A stretch of 58,620 nucleotides of DNA, filler included, from Dirinaria sp. TL-2023a (Eukaryota), in assembly GCA_051941275.1 (NCBI GenBank). It is 6 parts of 6 records of this genome, joined end to end, with 100 filler letters (N's around TTAATTAATTAA, not from the genome) between each part and the next. Parts side by side here need not be neighbours in the genome. Positions count along the whole stretch, not along the records: positions 9,795 to 19,485 come from JAVEBF010001014.1; positions 19,586 to 29,273 come from JAVEBF010001015.1; 4 more parts are not named here. One strand, given 5' to 3'. This document shows, piece after piece, positions 13,285-26,509 of the stretch. The position numbers and the translations under genes are program-made. The notes beneath the pieces were generated by a model. That model was given only the letters and a program-made list of their open reading frames with translations, ran no database searches and was not told where the DNA came from. Within the stretch, counting starts at the first letter, position 1, and each line of letters starts with the position of its first letter.

Positions 13285-14606
13285 ATGACGACGTCTATCA
13301 TGAATACTTCCAGAGCTTCTACTCTTCATGGGCCGCGAGATTTGCGCTTGGTTAGCTTGTTTTCACAACAAATCCAAGTGACCATGCTATTGACTCGAGG
13401 GGCAGGAACATCGGCAAATCAGTCTACCAGGGCCATTGGAGCTCCAGATTATCATACGAGCTACAGGACTCTGCGGGTCTGATCTTCACTACTATCAGCA
13501 CAATCGTAATGGCGACCTCTTAGTCCGTGAACCTCTCATACTAGGCCACGAATCTGCTGGTTTCGTCTCCGTAATAGGGTCTGATGTTCAGGGTTTCAAG
13601 CCTGGAGACAGGGTAGCGCTGGAGGTTGGGCTACCATGCGGCGACTGCTATAGGTGCGCAGAGGGAAGATACAACATATGTCAAGGTCTCAAATTCAGGA
13701 GTTCTGCGAAGTCATTCCCTCATTTTCAGGGCACTCTTCAGGATAGGATCAATCACCCTGCAGCTTGGTGTCACAAGTGAGCTTATGTCAGGACTGACCC
13801 TAGGACTTTTCTAACAGCCTCAGACTACCAGAAAATGTCTCATTTGAACTCGGGGCTATCCTCGAGCCACTCAGTGTTGCCATACATGCCGCACGCCGAG
13901 CTCAGATTAAAGAGAACAGCTGTACTCTTATTTTCGGTGCAGGCGCAATTGGGTTATTATGTGCGGCCATGGCCAAAAACACCGGCTCGGCCAATGTCAT
14001 AATTGCCGATATACAAGCAAAAAGAGTCGAATTTGCCATTGAGAAGGGTTTTGCACATGGAGGCTTTGTGGTTCCTCGCAAGAACGGAAAGGACACAGAA
14101 GAGAAGCTACGGCTCGCCAAAGAAATCACATCGATCATCGCCACAACGGAAAACCATAGCAGTGGCGCCAATGGAGAAGTTGATGTTGTGTTCGAATGCA
14201 CTGGCGTTGAAGCTTGCACGCAAGCTGCAATTTACGTGAGCAATTTCTTGTGAGAATAAGTATCGTGAAGCTGACATTTTAGGCCACACGTCCTGGTGGT
14301 AGAGTCGTGGTCGTAGGCATGGGCAATCCAGTACAGACAATCCCTATAGCCGCGGCCACGTCACGAGAAGTCGATATTCTAGGGACATTCAGATACGCAA
14401 ATACTTACCCCGACGCAATCGAAATGGTGTCCAATAACAAGGCCTTGCTGCCCGATCTGAGTAAGCTAGTGACGCATCGATTTCATGGCTTAGACAACAT
14501 ACCGCGAGCCTTTGAAATGGCGGCACGAGCACAAGATGAATCAGGCAATCTCGTTCTCAAAGTTGTGATCAACACCAATGAGATGCGAACAAACAGTAGT
14601 CTCTAA
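13285..14606 (+). CDS. Zinc-dependent medium-chain polyol dehydrogenase (sorbitol/xylitol dehydrogenase type), 4 exons
   Basis: GLCGSDLHYY and GHE catalytic-zinc motifs, structural-zinc CGDCYRC..C, LEPLSVAIHA, GAGAIG NAD-binding motif, FRYANTYP. Confidence 0.88.
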
Positions 14607-15242
14607 TCGGCAGTTCTGGGACCAAGGCTCGTACATCCAGGAAATTCGAACTTTCGATCTCAAAACCTTTAACGAGTCATTGCCTTGACGATTTCATAGC
14701 AGTCTCCCAATAGCGTCTGTTTTAGTCTTTTAACCTATACCCTCGCGGGAGCTAGGTAGTTCGGCACATGCCAAACGGCTTTTTAGCTCCATATCAAATT
14801 TTCACTCGAAAAAGTCTCAGAAATTGGTGAGGGCAACGACTTTAGCAATATCCGCTGGGAAACGAAAATTGACTCTGAAACGAGTCACCTGTACTTAATT
14901 GACGGCCGCACGGTCTTCGTCCATACCCGACGCGGAACCATCTAGCATTTTCGCGCTCAACAGTAAGATAGCACTGCTGAAAGTACCAGGCTACAATATA
15001 CTTTCCGAGAACTTTTCGACTATCTTCATATTCTTTACAAAGCTTGTTGATCGGATTTGTTTGCATTTGCTAAGCAAGCTCAAACCACAAATAGATGTGA
15101 GGCTCCTTGGTCAGCGCTCGCAACTACTCCCATAGTTTGGCCGAACCTGTAGCTGGATGCAAACTGCTAGTACGGGTATTTTTGCAAGCCTTGACGCAGC
15201 GAGCAGATTCTGCGATATTTTGCCTAGCTTCCCAAGTCAGCA

Positions 15243-16387
15243 ATGGCACCCAAGAAGCTCCGCGTCGGCATCGCAGGCCTTGGTCGGATGGGCTCTCGAC
15301 ATGCTCTTCATTTTCTAAATCGCGTTCCTCGCGCTGATCTTGTCGCCGCGAGTACCCCTGACGATGAAGAAATCCAATGGGGGAAGACACATCTTGAACC
15401 ATTCGGAGTCACGCTCTATAAATCCTATGATGAGATGCTCAAACACGAAGGGCTCCAAGCCGTTGTGATAGCATCTGTGACAACAGTACACGCTGAACAG
15501 GCTATCAAAGCTGTGGAGGCAGACAAGCATGTGCTATGCGAGAAGCCATTGAGTACAAGCGTCGCAATCGTGTGTTCCCTACCTATATGCCCGTTTATTG
15601 AGAAGCCTGGCGTTCAATATCAATGACTGACCAACCGAAATTGCAGTCTCAATCAGTCGTCAACGTGGCAAAGCGTTATCCCCACCTCAAAGTCATGTGT
15701 GGGTTCTCCCGTCGCTTCGATGCCTCCTATCGCGACGCTTTTGAGAAAGTGGAGTCTGGAATGATCGGCCGCCCCTCGGTGTTTCGCAGCCAGACGTGTG
15801 ACAAACTTGACCCTTCTGGATTTTTTGTCGCCTATGCAGAGTTCTCGGGCGGTATCTTCGTGGACTGCTCGATCCATGATATAGATCTCGCTCTATGGTT
15901 CTTCGGTCCGGATGTAATGGTCAAGAGTGTTGTTGCGAGCGGCATTACCGCTGTGCAACCTGCATTAAGGAAACATAATGACCGCGACAACGCTGTGGGG
16001 ATAATCGAGTTCCATAATGGAAAGCTTGCGTACGTCTACTGCTCTCGCATGATGGCTGCTGGGCAAGAGGACTCGACCGAGATTACTGGCACTGAGGGCA
16101 AATTGACCGTCAATGCTAACCCCGCCACAAACCTCGTGAACATTTACGAATCGGCAGGCATCCGGCGAGAAATCCCTGCAAATTACTACGGACGCTTCCA
16201 GGAGGCGTTCATAACGGAAGCAAATGAGTTCACGGCAGCGTGCCTGGACAACACCAAGCTTCCAATGCGGCTGGAAGGAGCGGTTAGAGCTATCGCGATC
16301 GGGTGTGCTTTACAAGAGAGTCTGATCAGTGAGAAGAAGATCTATTTTGATGAGACAGGTAGGAGGGAGGACAAGGCACACCTCTAG
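15243..16387 (+). CDS. Gfo/Idh/MocA oxidoreductase (myo-/scyllo-inositol 2-dehydrogenase-like); intron 15570-15646
   Basis: VGIAGLGRMG, KHVLCEKP, GFSRRFD, SGGIFVDCSIHDID motifs. Confidence 0.88.
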
Positions 16388-16894
16388 AAGCGCAAATGCT
16401 GCTTGGCCTATGCGTTCACATTCTGCTAGAGATACGCTCTGGAAATAGGACATGAAGCTAGACGGACGGCCTTGGTGGAATCCATGTCCACCGATAATAA
16501 TGAAAGACATCTTGCATCTCGACTCTATGATGAAAGCTTGCCTTCGGCCCTTAGGCTTACTAGGTAGTATTTCCAGTAGACGCAGATCACATGCAAATGG
16601 GTGGTAGTAAAGCGTAACCAAGTGCGCCAAGCCCGAGGGTCCGTAGTCCGGCCGGGCAACAGCCGTGAGAGTTTCCGGCATCAAATCTTTCTATGTCGCT
16701 TATCTTTATGTACTCGTACTTCATCCCAAACACCTACACCAAGCACCACAGATGATGGTTTAGCGACAGTGTATACTGAGAGCGGTAGTCCTCGACGAAT
16801 ATTTACGGACTCAGACCTTACTCTTTCGAGCGCAACGAATACTTGTCCTGCTGTAATGATCAGGTCCTCTCGTCACGCGATCAAATCATTATGA

Positions 16895-18750
<1,856 letters not shown>

Positions 18751-19485
18751 CGAGCTGATGGTTCGACAGCCAGTAGTGCTAAGAACATGGGGATCTTGAT
18801 TGTATATTGAGCATTGCAAGGCGCTTGGATGGATGAGCTCCGCTCAGAGAGGCAATTTTGATATGGGAAGGAGATCAGGAGCGAGTAGCATTCTTCTGAA
18901 GAAAGACAAATGATAATACTCGTTTGTGTATTCAAACATTCCGCCTTCAGGGGGACGTGCAAGATTTGTTTTTTGTTTTTTGTTTTTTCCCCCCTTGGTT
19001 GATGCGGGAATGACAAATCTCTCTTCGGTCCTCTTCTGCCGCCGAGCAAAAAGCGAAAGTGAGGTACTGAGGTTCTTTATCTCATTCAAGTGCACACGAT
19101 GTTTTCTCATCATAATTCAATTCCTCGTCTATGACCCCTTTCCACCTCTGTAGTTCTTCCTTCAGTTGAGAACTTACGGTATCCATGTCCATACCGATAA
19201 GATTCCTTTTTTTTTTTGGTGTAGTTTTGATTTGACTTTCTTTCTCATCTTCTTTCTTCTGAACCTAAGCCCAATAAAAAATTTTTATCGAAGACTCACG
19301 GTACGAGTACCTTACCATCAACCATACCATATCCTCAAAAAATCAAAAAAGATCTATAGGATTACATTCTCGAACTAAAAAATCCCTAAATAAAAATAAA
19401 AAAGGGGCCATCTTTTTTAAGTTTAGGATGTAGTTGGGAAAATGGAGAGAAGGGGATGGAGTACGTTTCGACGCGGGAAGAAAGA

Positions 19486-19585
19486 NNNNNNNNNNNNNNN
19501 NNNNNNNNNNNNNNNNNNNNNNNNNNNNNTTAATTAATTAANNNNNNNNNNNNNNNNNNNNNNNNNNNNNNNNNNNNNNNNNNNN
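19486..19585. other. Artificial contig linker
   Basis: 44 N + TTAATTAATTAA + 44 N. Confidence 0.98.
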
Positions 19586-20095
19586 GCAGGTCTTTCGCCT
19601 ACCGTATAAAGAAAAAAAAAAAAAAAAAATCAAAGAAAAATCTATGGAAAGCAAATCATGCATACTAGGGACGGTGGCTACAATCGTGGAAAAAATAAAT
19701 AAACAGGAATAGCGATTTTGACGCGCGGTCTGGCGCGCTTTTTTATTCTATCAGGATTGAACTTAGTCATTGATTGCGGGCTTTTTTGCGGGGTTTTATG
19801 TGGTTGATGGATGGCTTGTATTAGGGCTCGTTTCTATTTGATTCCGCCATCAGCCGCGAGCCTTGCAAGGTTTTGTGTCATGGCCAATAGATGCTTTGCA
19901 TTGTGTGCTCGTCTCTATCGATTCAATTTCGCCACCAGTCAACCGAAAGAAACACCGTAACTCCGACTTCCGCTCTTCAGATACCCCACAAGGAGGGTCA
20001 GAAGAGAGAACGCGTGCAGCCAAAATGAGGGGAAAAAAAAAAAAAAACTCCTTAACCAAGCCCAAAGTCCAAAGAAAAGCCGCGATCACGAATCC

Positions 20096-22375
20096 TCAAG
20101 GAACAATCAACGAAGCTCCCTGAGCCGTCATCCTCAAATGGTCCTGAACGACATCCATGGACATCACAACGCCACATGGCGCGGCATACTCGGTGACCTT
20201 GGTCGGATCTGACTTATCGCTGTCGATCTCACCTTCCCTGCTCCCTCTCTCGCCCGTAGTGAATATGTCTGGGTGTATAGCGGGCCCGCAGAGACCGCAC
20301 ACGAACCCAACGTTCAATCCATCCACCGTGCCAGCCACGCCGATGACCATGGCGCCCGAATCTCCGGGCTGGCTGAACGCCCTTGAGCTAGGGTCCTTTA
20401 GTTCCCGTGTCTTTGAAGTGACAATCATTAGCTCCGACGTATAAGAGGGATACGGGTTGAACGAGGGGTCCTTGGTCCCGTTGGCGAGGTACTTGGTCCG
20501 ATGACCAGCAGCCATGCGGACGTAGGTCTCTGTACCGTGGCAAACGCCGACGGTGATGCCGGTCGTGCGGCCCTTTTTGAAGTACCACTCGCCCTTGACG
20601 AGACTGCCTACTCCGCGAACCTGCTCCGGGTACGTATAATCTTCGGCAAGGCATTCGAAGTCTTGAGGCTCTTTACCTTCGAAGGCTGGACGCGGGGGCA
20701 GATAGTTGTCGGTCGCGGCGTGGTTGAGAAGGTCTTTATCATTGGGGTCGGGAGCGACCAGAGCAAAGTCTAGGGTCTGTCCTGCGGCGCTAAGACCCGC
20801 ACCTGAAGCGTAGTAGACTTTGCCAATCGTCCTTGGCATGGAGTTGCAGATGGCAAGGATGCTATTGGCGTAGTCGGTTGCCTTTTTGAGACCAGAGATT
20901 CTTATATCTAACAAACTGGTATCCCGGCCTTTCATCTCCTGGTGTATCTTGTCTTCTTCCGCCCTCACGAGAGAGCCGACAGGGATAGGTTCCATTTTAA
21001 GGCTATGCTGGAAGAGATGCGCCAAATCGCTTTGTTCACGTTCTGGCTTCGCTTCTTCTTGCTGTTTCAAACGGTTATACAACTCTCTCTCCATGGCCTG
21101 TTGCTCTGCTCTGGTCCGATGAATGCGTGCAATGGTTTTTTGGGCTGCAGAACGTGTGGCGTTAATATCCTTGATAGCCATAGTGTGAACATTGCTTCGT
21201 CTCGGATCCTGCATGTTGTCGTTCGATAACGTTGGTAGATTGACACCGGATTTGAGATATGAGTCTGTGTGCGCTTTTGAGATGGTTGAAGCAGGTTGAA
21301 CGACGTGAGAAGTCGTCAGGATGCAGCGCTGTATCTGATTGCTCTGCTTCAAACTGACGTAACCCCCAAGAGTCCCTCCGCCTTTCGCTCCCATGACCCC
21401 AATGGATGCACCTATAGATGGGAGTGCTGTTAGTGTGCTGTAAAACGACTTCCCGTTGGCATTGTCGTCGCGTTCGCTTTCCTCGTTGTCTGCTAGCATG
21501 GCAGAGGTAACGCCAGGGATGATGGTTACTCCGATATCTCTCGTAAGGCTAGGGAGAGGATCGATGAAGTGTTTGTAAATACGACGAGTCATGAGAGCCC
21601 AGCCGTACACGGTGAAAGGAGGGACCATGAGTACTATCTGATAGGTTCTTCCGGCGTTGTGATTGTGCTCGACGGCATAGATGCAGAGACTACACCATTG
21701 ATTGCCCAACTCGGAGATCACGTACGAAATCAATCGCTGACGGAATGATTCGTAGGCTGCTATGTGTGGATCCTCAGGATGTATCGGCAGTAGAGTTGGA
21801 ATAAAGGCACGATTAAGATCGATGATCTCAACTTCGGCTTGAATGTTCCTCTCCTCAAGAATGGCCTGGCATCCACGCTTCGCTGATGACCACTGATGTC
21901 TTCCAGCGCTATCCAAATGTTCCGATGCGATCTGAAGAGTAGGTGTGGGCTTTGACCCTCCCCTCGGATAGCCTAGCTTTGACAGAATTTCGAAGCTCAT
22001 TCGCTTGACAATGACTTGATGCCTCTCTAGGAGATTGTAAAGAGAGGAGCGAAGGTCGACGTCATTCTGCAGTCTCTTATTCAGGGCCTCAGGATACCTT
22101 CCGGGAACCAAAGGCAGTGGGAAAGGTATGCTTGCGGTAGTTGACCGGTATTCATCGCTTTGGTAGAGGAATGCTTCAATGGTCATTTCGCCTGTATCTT
22201 TGTTAGGACTGATGTTACCTCGAAGTACGCAGCCCCATAATCACTTACCTCCATTCTCATCAGTAAGTTGCAGGAATCTGCGCCGCTTGACTGGCGACTC
22301 AGGAGCGCCTCGCTGAGGAGACGTAGAAGGCGAGTAATTTGGTAGTTCCAACCGTCCACGTGGTGAAGATGTCAT
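20096..22375 (-). CDS. Uncharacterised ~740-aa intracellular trypsin-fold (clan PA) serine protease-like protein, Ssy5/NAL1-like motif set; exons 22375-22249 and 22191-20096
   Basis: In-frame upstream exon via GTAAGT...CTAAC...CAG intron (22248-22192); motifs GASIG..GTLGGY, ILTTSHVV (His), LDFALV (Asp), KKGRTTGIT, FSQPGDSGAMV (Ser); no signal peptide. Confidence 0.75.
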
Positions 22376-22683
22376 CGGTGCGAGGAGACCCACAGTTATT
22401 TAAATATAAGGATGAGTTGGAAGATAGGGGAAGTGGTTAAACGTTGGACCAAGTTGGAGGACATAATCTATAATTGAAAAACAATATTTGAAAAATGAAT
22501 TTTAATTAGGAGGATCAGTGTCATTTCGAGCTTATATACGCATAAGAGATGATTTGAAGTTAGTTGACGTGGAAGTTTCAAGGAAGATGGAGAGGGAGGT
22601 ATGTTTAGAAATGACAGAGCTAGATGGGGAAAGAAGGCCTTAAGTAGGCAGTTCCGCCACCAAACCACAATGAGGCACCAACC

Positions 22684-22723
22684 CAAGCCAACAAAAAAAA
22701 AAAAAAATTTTTTTTGTGGCTTG
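22684..22723. repeat. Inverted repeat built around abutting poly(A)/poly(T) tracts
   Basis: caagcca(a)caaaaaaaa ... ttttttttgtggcttg: 16-bp stem with one bulged A and an A7 loop. Confidence 0.6.
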
Positions 22724-23491
22724 ATCCGAAGGGAACAAATCTCTTCGGTATTCAGCTAGGGAATGATTTCTATTTAGAAATAATCCGAGTAGGAAAAATG
22801 ACTATTCATTTGGGGGCTCACTGCTGCTGCACCACCCTAGAGGTAGCGCACTGGCACATCACCCTCCCAATGACTCATTCTCGCCTTGTAACAACACATT
22901 CAACCTTTAATGCCTCAGTTTATAGCATTTAATCCAGTCCTCTGATAGTATGTCAGTTTCAAGGAAAGACGGTTTGACGAAGTGATGATGGACTGGTTCA
23001 CCATGAAAGTGCCGCCGTCAAATAGGCAAATCGTTAAAGAGTAAAGATGTTAGAACAATTTATGAAAAAGGAATTGACAAACGAAAACCAGTGGTGAGGG
23101 ATTGGGCGGAAAAGGGGCCGTAAAGTAGGGTGGTGTGGCGGCACTGGGACCCTTTTGCATGATTGCAATTGACTTTAACACTGTAGTGATGAATTATACC
23201 TGCTGAAAGATGATTTTGACCGACTAGGCAGAACGTTGAATTCAGACTAAGCTTTGAACCATGGTTGCGATAACCACGTTTAAATCTCATATAGAATTCC
23301 ATCCTATCACCGTCGAATATGAAAATATAGGTCACTACACGGCTCGGGATTGGGGTTCGAGCCTAGCGATTCCATAACAGCTGTCGCATGACGTTTTTTT
23401 GACCATCCGCTCCTTAGTCTCTTCAGATAGATATCTGCGATTTATACCTTAACAGTCCACATAACTCGGATTAAAGCGGCCATCCAGACTT

Positions 23492-25124
23492 TTAGTCCAA
23501 GATCCCTCTCTTCGCTACAATATACAAGATCCCATAGACGCCCACGCCAAAAGCGCACATTGCACTAATGACGCTGAATCCCATGACGTAGCGTGGAGCG
23601 TCGTCACTTGGAAAGAGGTACGCACCATAGATCTGTGCCAGGTTGCCCATGCCGTTCACAAAAGCTAAGCTGACTCCTCTCGTCTCCCTGCTCATACCTC
23701 CGAAAGTTGAGGACGCAAAGGATAGAGAGAGTGCGTTGGAGGACCACAGGCCAGCTGTCATAAAGACGAGAAGAACGTAGCGCGCTGTAAAGTTTGTGGC
23801 GATAGTCGTTGCGACGGAGCAGGATAAGGAGATGGTAAGCCAACCTACGAGTCATATTAGTAGTGCAGAAGCCTCTAATGGTAAAAGTGTGCGTACTAGA
23901 TAGGATGATACCGCGAAAACGGGGAAAGTTGTCGGAGAAGTAGCCGGTGAAGGCATTGCTGACGAATGCTACTGCGTAGATGGGTACAGTCTTACACCAT
24001 AGATAAGCAGACACTTTCTTGATTAGACGGCGTCCACTTGCCATGTACTGCGCTTTGATAGATGCATAGCCCAAACCTTGCACGAGTGTGGGATAAAAGT
24101 AAGAAAGCGTTGATGATCCGACTATGACCATGTAACCCGCAGTGAAGAGCCAGACCCTCCAATTGGCCAGACTATGCTTGATGGCCTGCAGAGGCCCGAG
24201 TCGATGCTCATCGTTAACCGTCGAATCATCCGTCAAGAGTAGTCGTTTCGATGCTAGCTGACGCTCGTCTTCCGAGAGATGTTTGGATATAAGGGGGAAG
24301 TCAAGAAGAAGAAAATGAGCGATGCAAGCCCAGCCTATCGAAGCCGCGCCTTCGACAATGAACAACCAACGCCAGCCTGGAACACGGTCAGTGAGGATAT
24401 TTTGTATTGGCTGCGGTTTACCTCTGATTCCGTGAGCACCCTCGAGATCTTTGGTGATCGCCCCAGCAAGCAACCCACCGAAGGCACCAGAAAGTATAGC
24501 TGCAGATATATAGACGGCAAAGCGTCTAGACTGCTCTTCCCGCTTGTACCAAGAAGATAGTATAAGTAGAACACCTGGTGCGAAGCCAGCTTCTAGTATA
24601 CCAACCACAAATCTTAGTGCTGCCAGTTGTCGATAGTTTTTGACGGCGGCCATACAGCAGGTGACTGTGCCCCATAGGATCATTATTATGGGCAGAAAAA
24701 CCGAAGGTCGGCTTTTGGAAAGGACCAAGCTTCGATATTCAGCTTACAGCGACCGTCGAAACAGAGTGAACGTGTTTACTTGCTAGGCACTTCGAAGATG
24801 ACGTATGATACGAAAAAAACAATCAATGAGATCGAGTACTGCCCTGAGCTTAAATGGAGATCCTCCTGCATGCCTGCAATTTTGGCATTGCCGATACTAA
24901 AATTCTTAGCGGTGCTCATGTATGATTGGTTAATGAACTGACTTCGTGCGGTCAACGTAGGAAAGGAGATACATTAGCCATATAGTTGGCAATAGGAAGA
25001 GGTCTATCTTCCGGACTAGCTTTCTTTCTTCAATTTCTGGACGGTTACTGCTCGCATTGTTGCCAATGTGTTCGTTTGCGCTTATTCCAGCCTCGCTTCC
25101 GTACGATTGCTTTTCTATCGACAT
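23492..25124 (-). CDS. MFS transporter, anion:cation symporter (DAL5/TNA1-like) family, 6 exons
   Basis: RKIDLFLLP, DRTNIGNAKIAG, FEVPSN, RFVVGILEAGFAPG, GWRWLFIVEG, AQYMTVPIY after splicing; many hydrophobic helices. Confidence 0.9.
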
Positions 25125-25531
25125 TATTAGCATCAGTGGGAGGCACTCATAAATTATTAGTAAGGTTCGAACAGCATATGGATGATGTCGCTGCAGCAGC
25201 ATGGAAGATATTCGAGGGTAGTACTTCATCTTATGTCTGTTCGCTAGCATCGAGGATCGTGATGAAGAGTTAGCGAAGTTCTGTATTATGCGGACCAATG
25301 GTATGAGTGGATCTTCGCAGATCTGTCACTCACGCTTATTGTATATGCAGCACAAGTGAATCCCTGCAGGTTAAAGCGAGATGACGTTGGGCTTGCAGCG
25401 AGAGATTTCTCCGTGTTCTAAGCTATCTTGAGGTATGATTTTTGAATTTGAGGATTTGAAAATTTGTATTGGCGAACGTAAAGTTATTTTGACGATGGGT
25501 GATACCTACACTGCTGGTTATTCGTTAAATG

Positions 25532-26509
25532 ATGCTAACAGGTTCTAAAGAGCCAAGTCTAGTGAGTACAGAGCCTGGGCTTTCTCAGTCATGGCGGATC
25601 TCACTGGATGGGAAGGTTATCGCAAGTAAGCGTTGTCAGAACAAAAGCTATCGTTAGTGTATACTGACAAAACCCTCGAGTTACCGGGGCGAACCAAGGA
25701 ATTGGTCTAGGCGTTGCGGAAGTATGCCTGGCTAATTCAGCACAAATCGTGTATTCCTTCGATATCAACGAGCCGGGAAACGAGTTCAATGAGTTGCAAC
25801 AAAAGCAACCGAACTTGCAATTCATCAAAACCGATGTGACGAAGAAAGAGAGCATTGAACGTGCTGTCGAGGAAGTATATAAACGGGAGGGGCATTTGGA
25901 TGGTCTCATCGCCAATGCAGGGATGACCAAGCATCAGCCTGCGCTGGAATTCAGCGAAGAGCAGCTGCACCAAATCTTTGACCTCAATGTATGCTGCCGA
26001 TGTGAATGAAGGTCCGATTCTCGGAGGACTGACTTCTCAGGTCTTCGGTACCTATCACTGCGCAACAAGCGTGGCTCGGACATGGATTGAAAAGGGAACA
26101 CGGGGCTCGATAGTCTTCACAGCGTCGATGACATCGTACCGGCCGAACAGAGTAAGTGGACTCCGACTCCACAGACCAGAGAGGCACTCACAGCGTGAAG
26201 GCTGCTCCCAGCGCCCCATATGGTGGCACCAAAGCTGCCATTCGTAATATGGCACACACTCTCGCTATGGAGTGGGCACAACATGGGATACGGGTTAATA
26301 GCGTGTCGCCAGGCTTCGTGCGAACCCAGATGACGACTTACATCGAAGGTTCGCCGGATTGGGAGCTCAAGAAAAAATATTACGGCGGCATGCCACGCTT
26401 AGCTAAGCCACAAGAGCTGGGCGGAGCATATGTGTATTTGCTGTCGGATGCGGCATCCTACACGACCGGGATAGATATTCCAGTGGCCGGTATTGTAGGA
26501 GCGTGGTAG
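25532..26509 (+). CDS. Classical short-chain dehydrogenase/reductase (sugar/polyol reductase-like); introns 25626-25680, 25989-26040, 26152-26200; start may instead be ATG 25495 through an extra intron
   Basis: LDGKVIAITGANQGIG, IANAG, ASMTS, catalytic YGGTK, GIRVNSVSPG, LLSDAASYTTG. Confidence 0.88.

Noticed and set aside
23186..23240. GTGATGA...CTGA suggesting a C/D-box snoRNA
   Set aside because: No terminal D box at a suitable distance, no terminal stem and no recognisable rRNA guide
23341..23374. GGTTCGAGCC B-box-like motif suggesting a tRNA or SINE
   Set aside because: The T-stem does not pair in register and no acceptor, D or anticodon arms could be built
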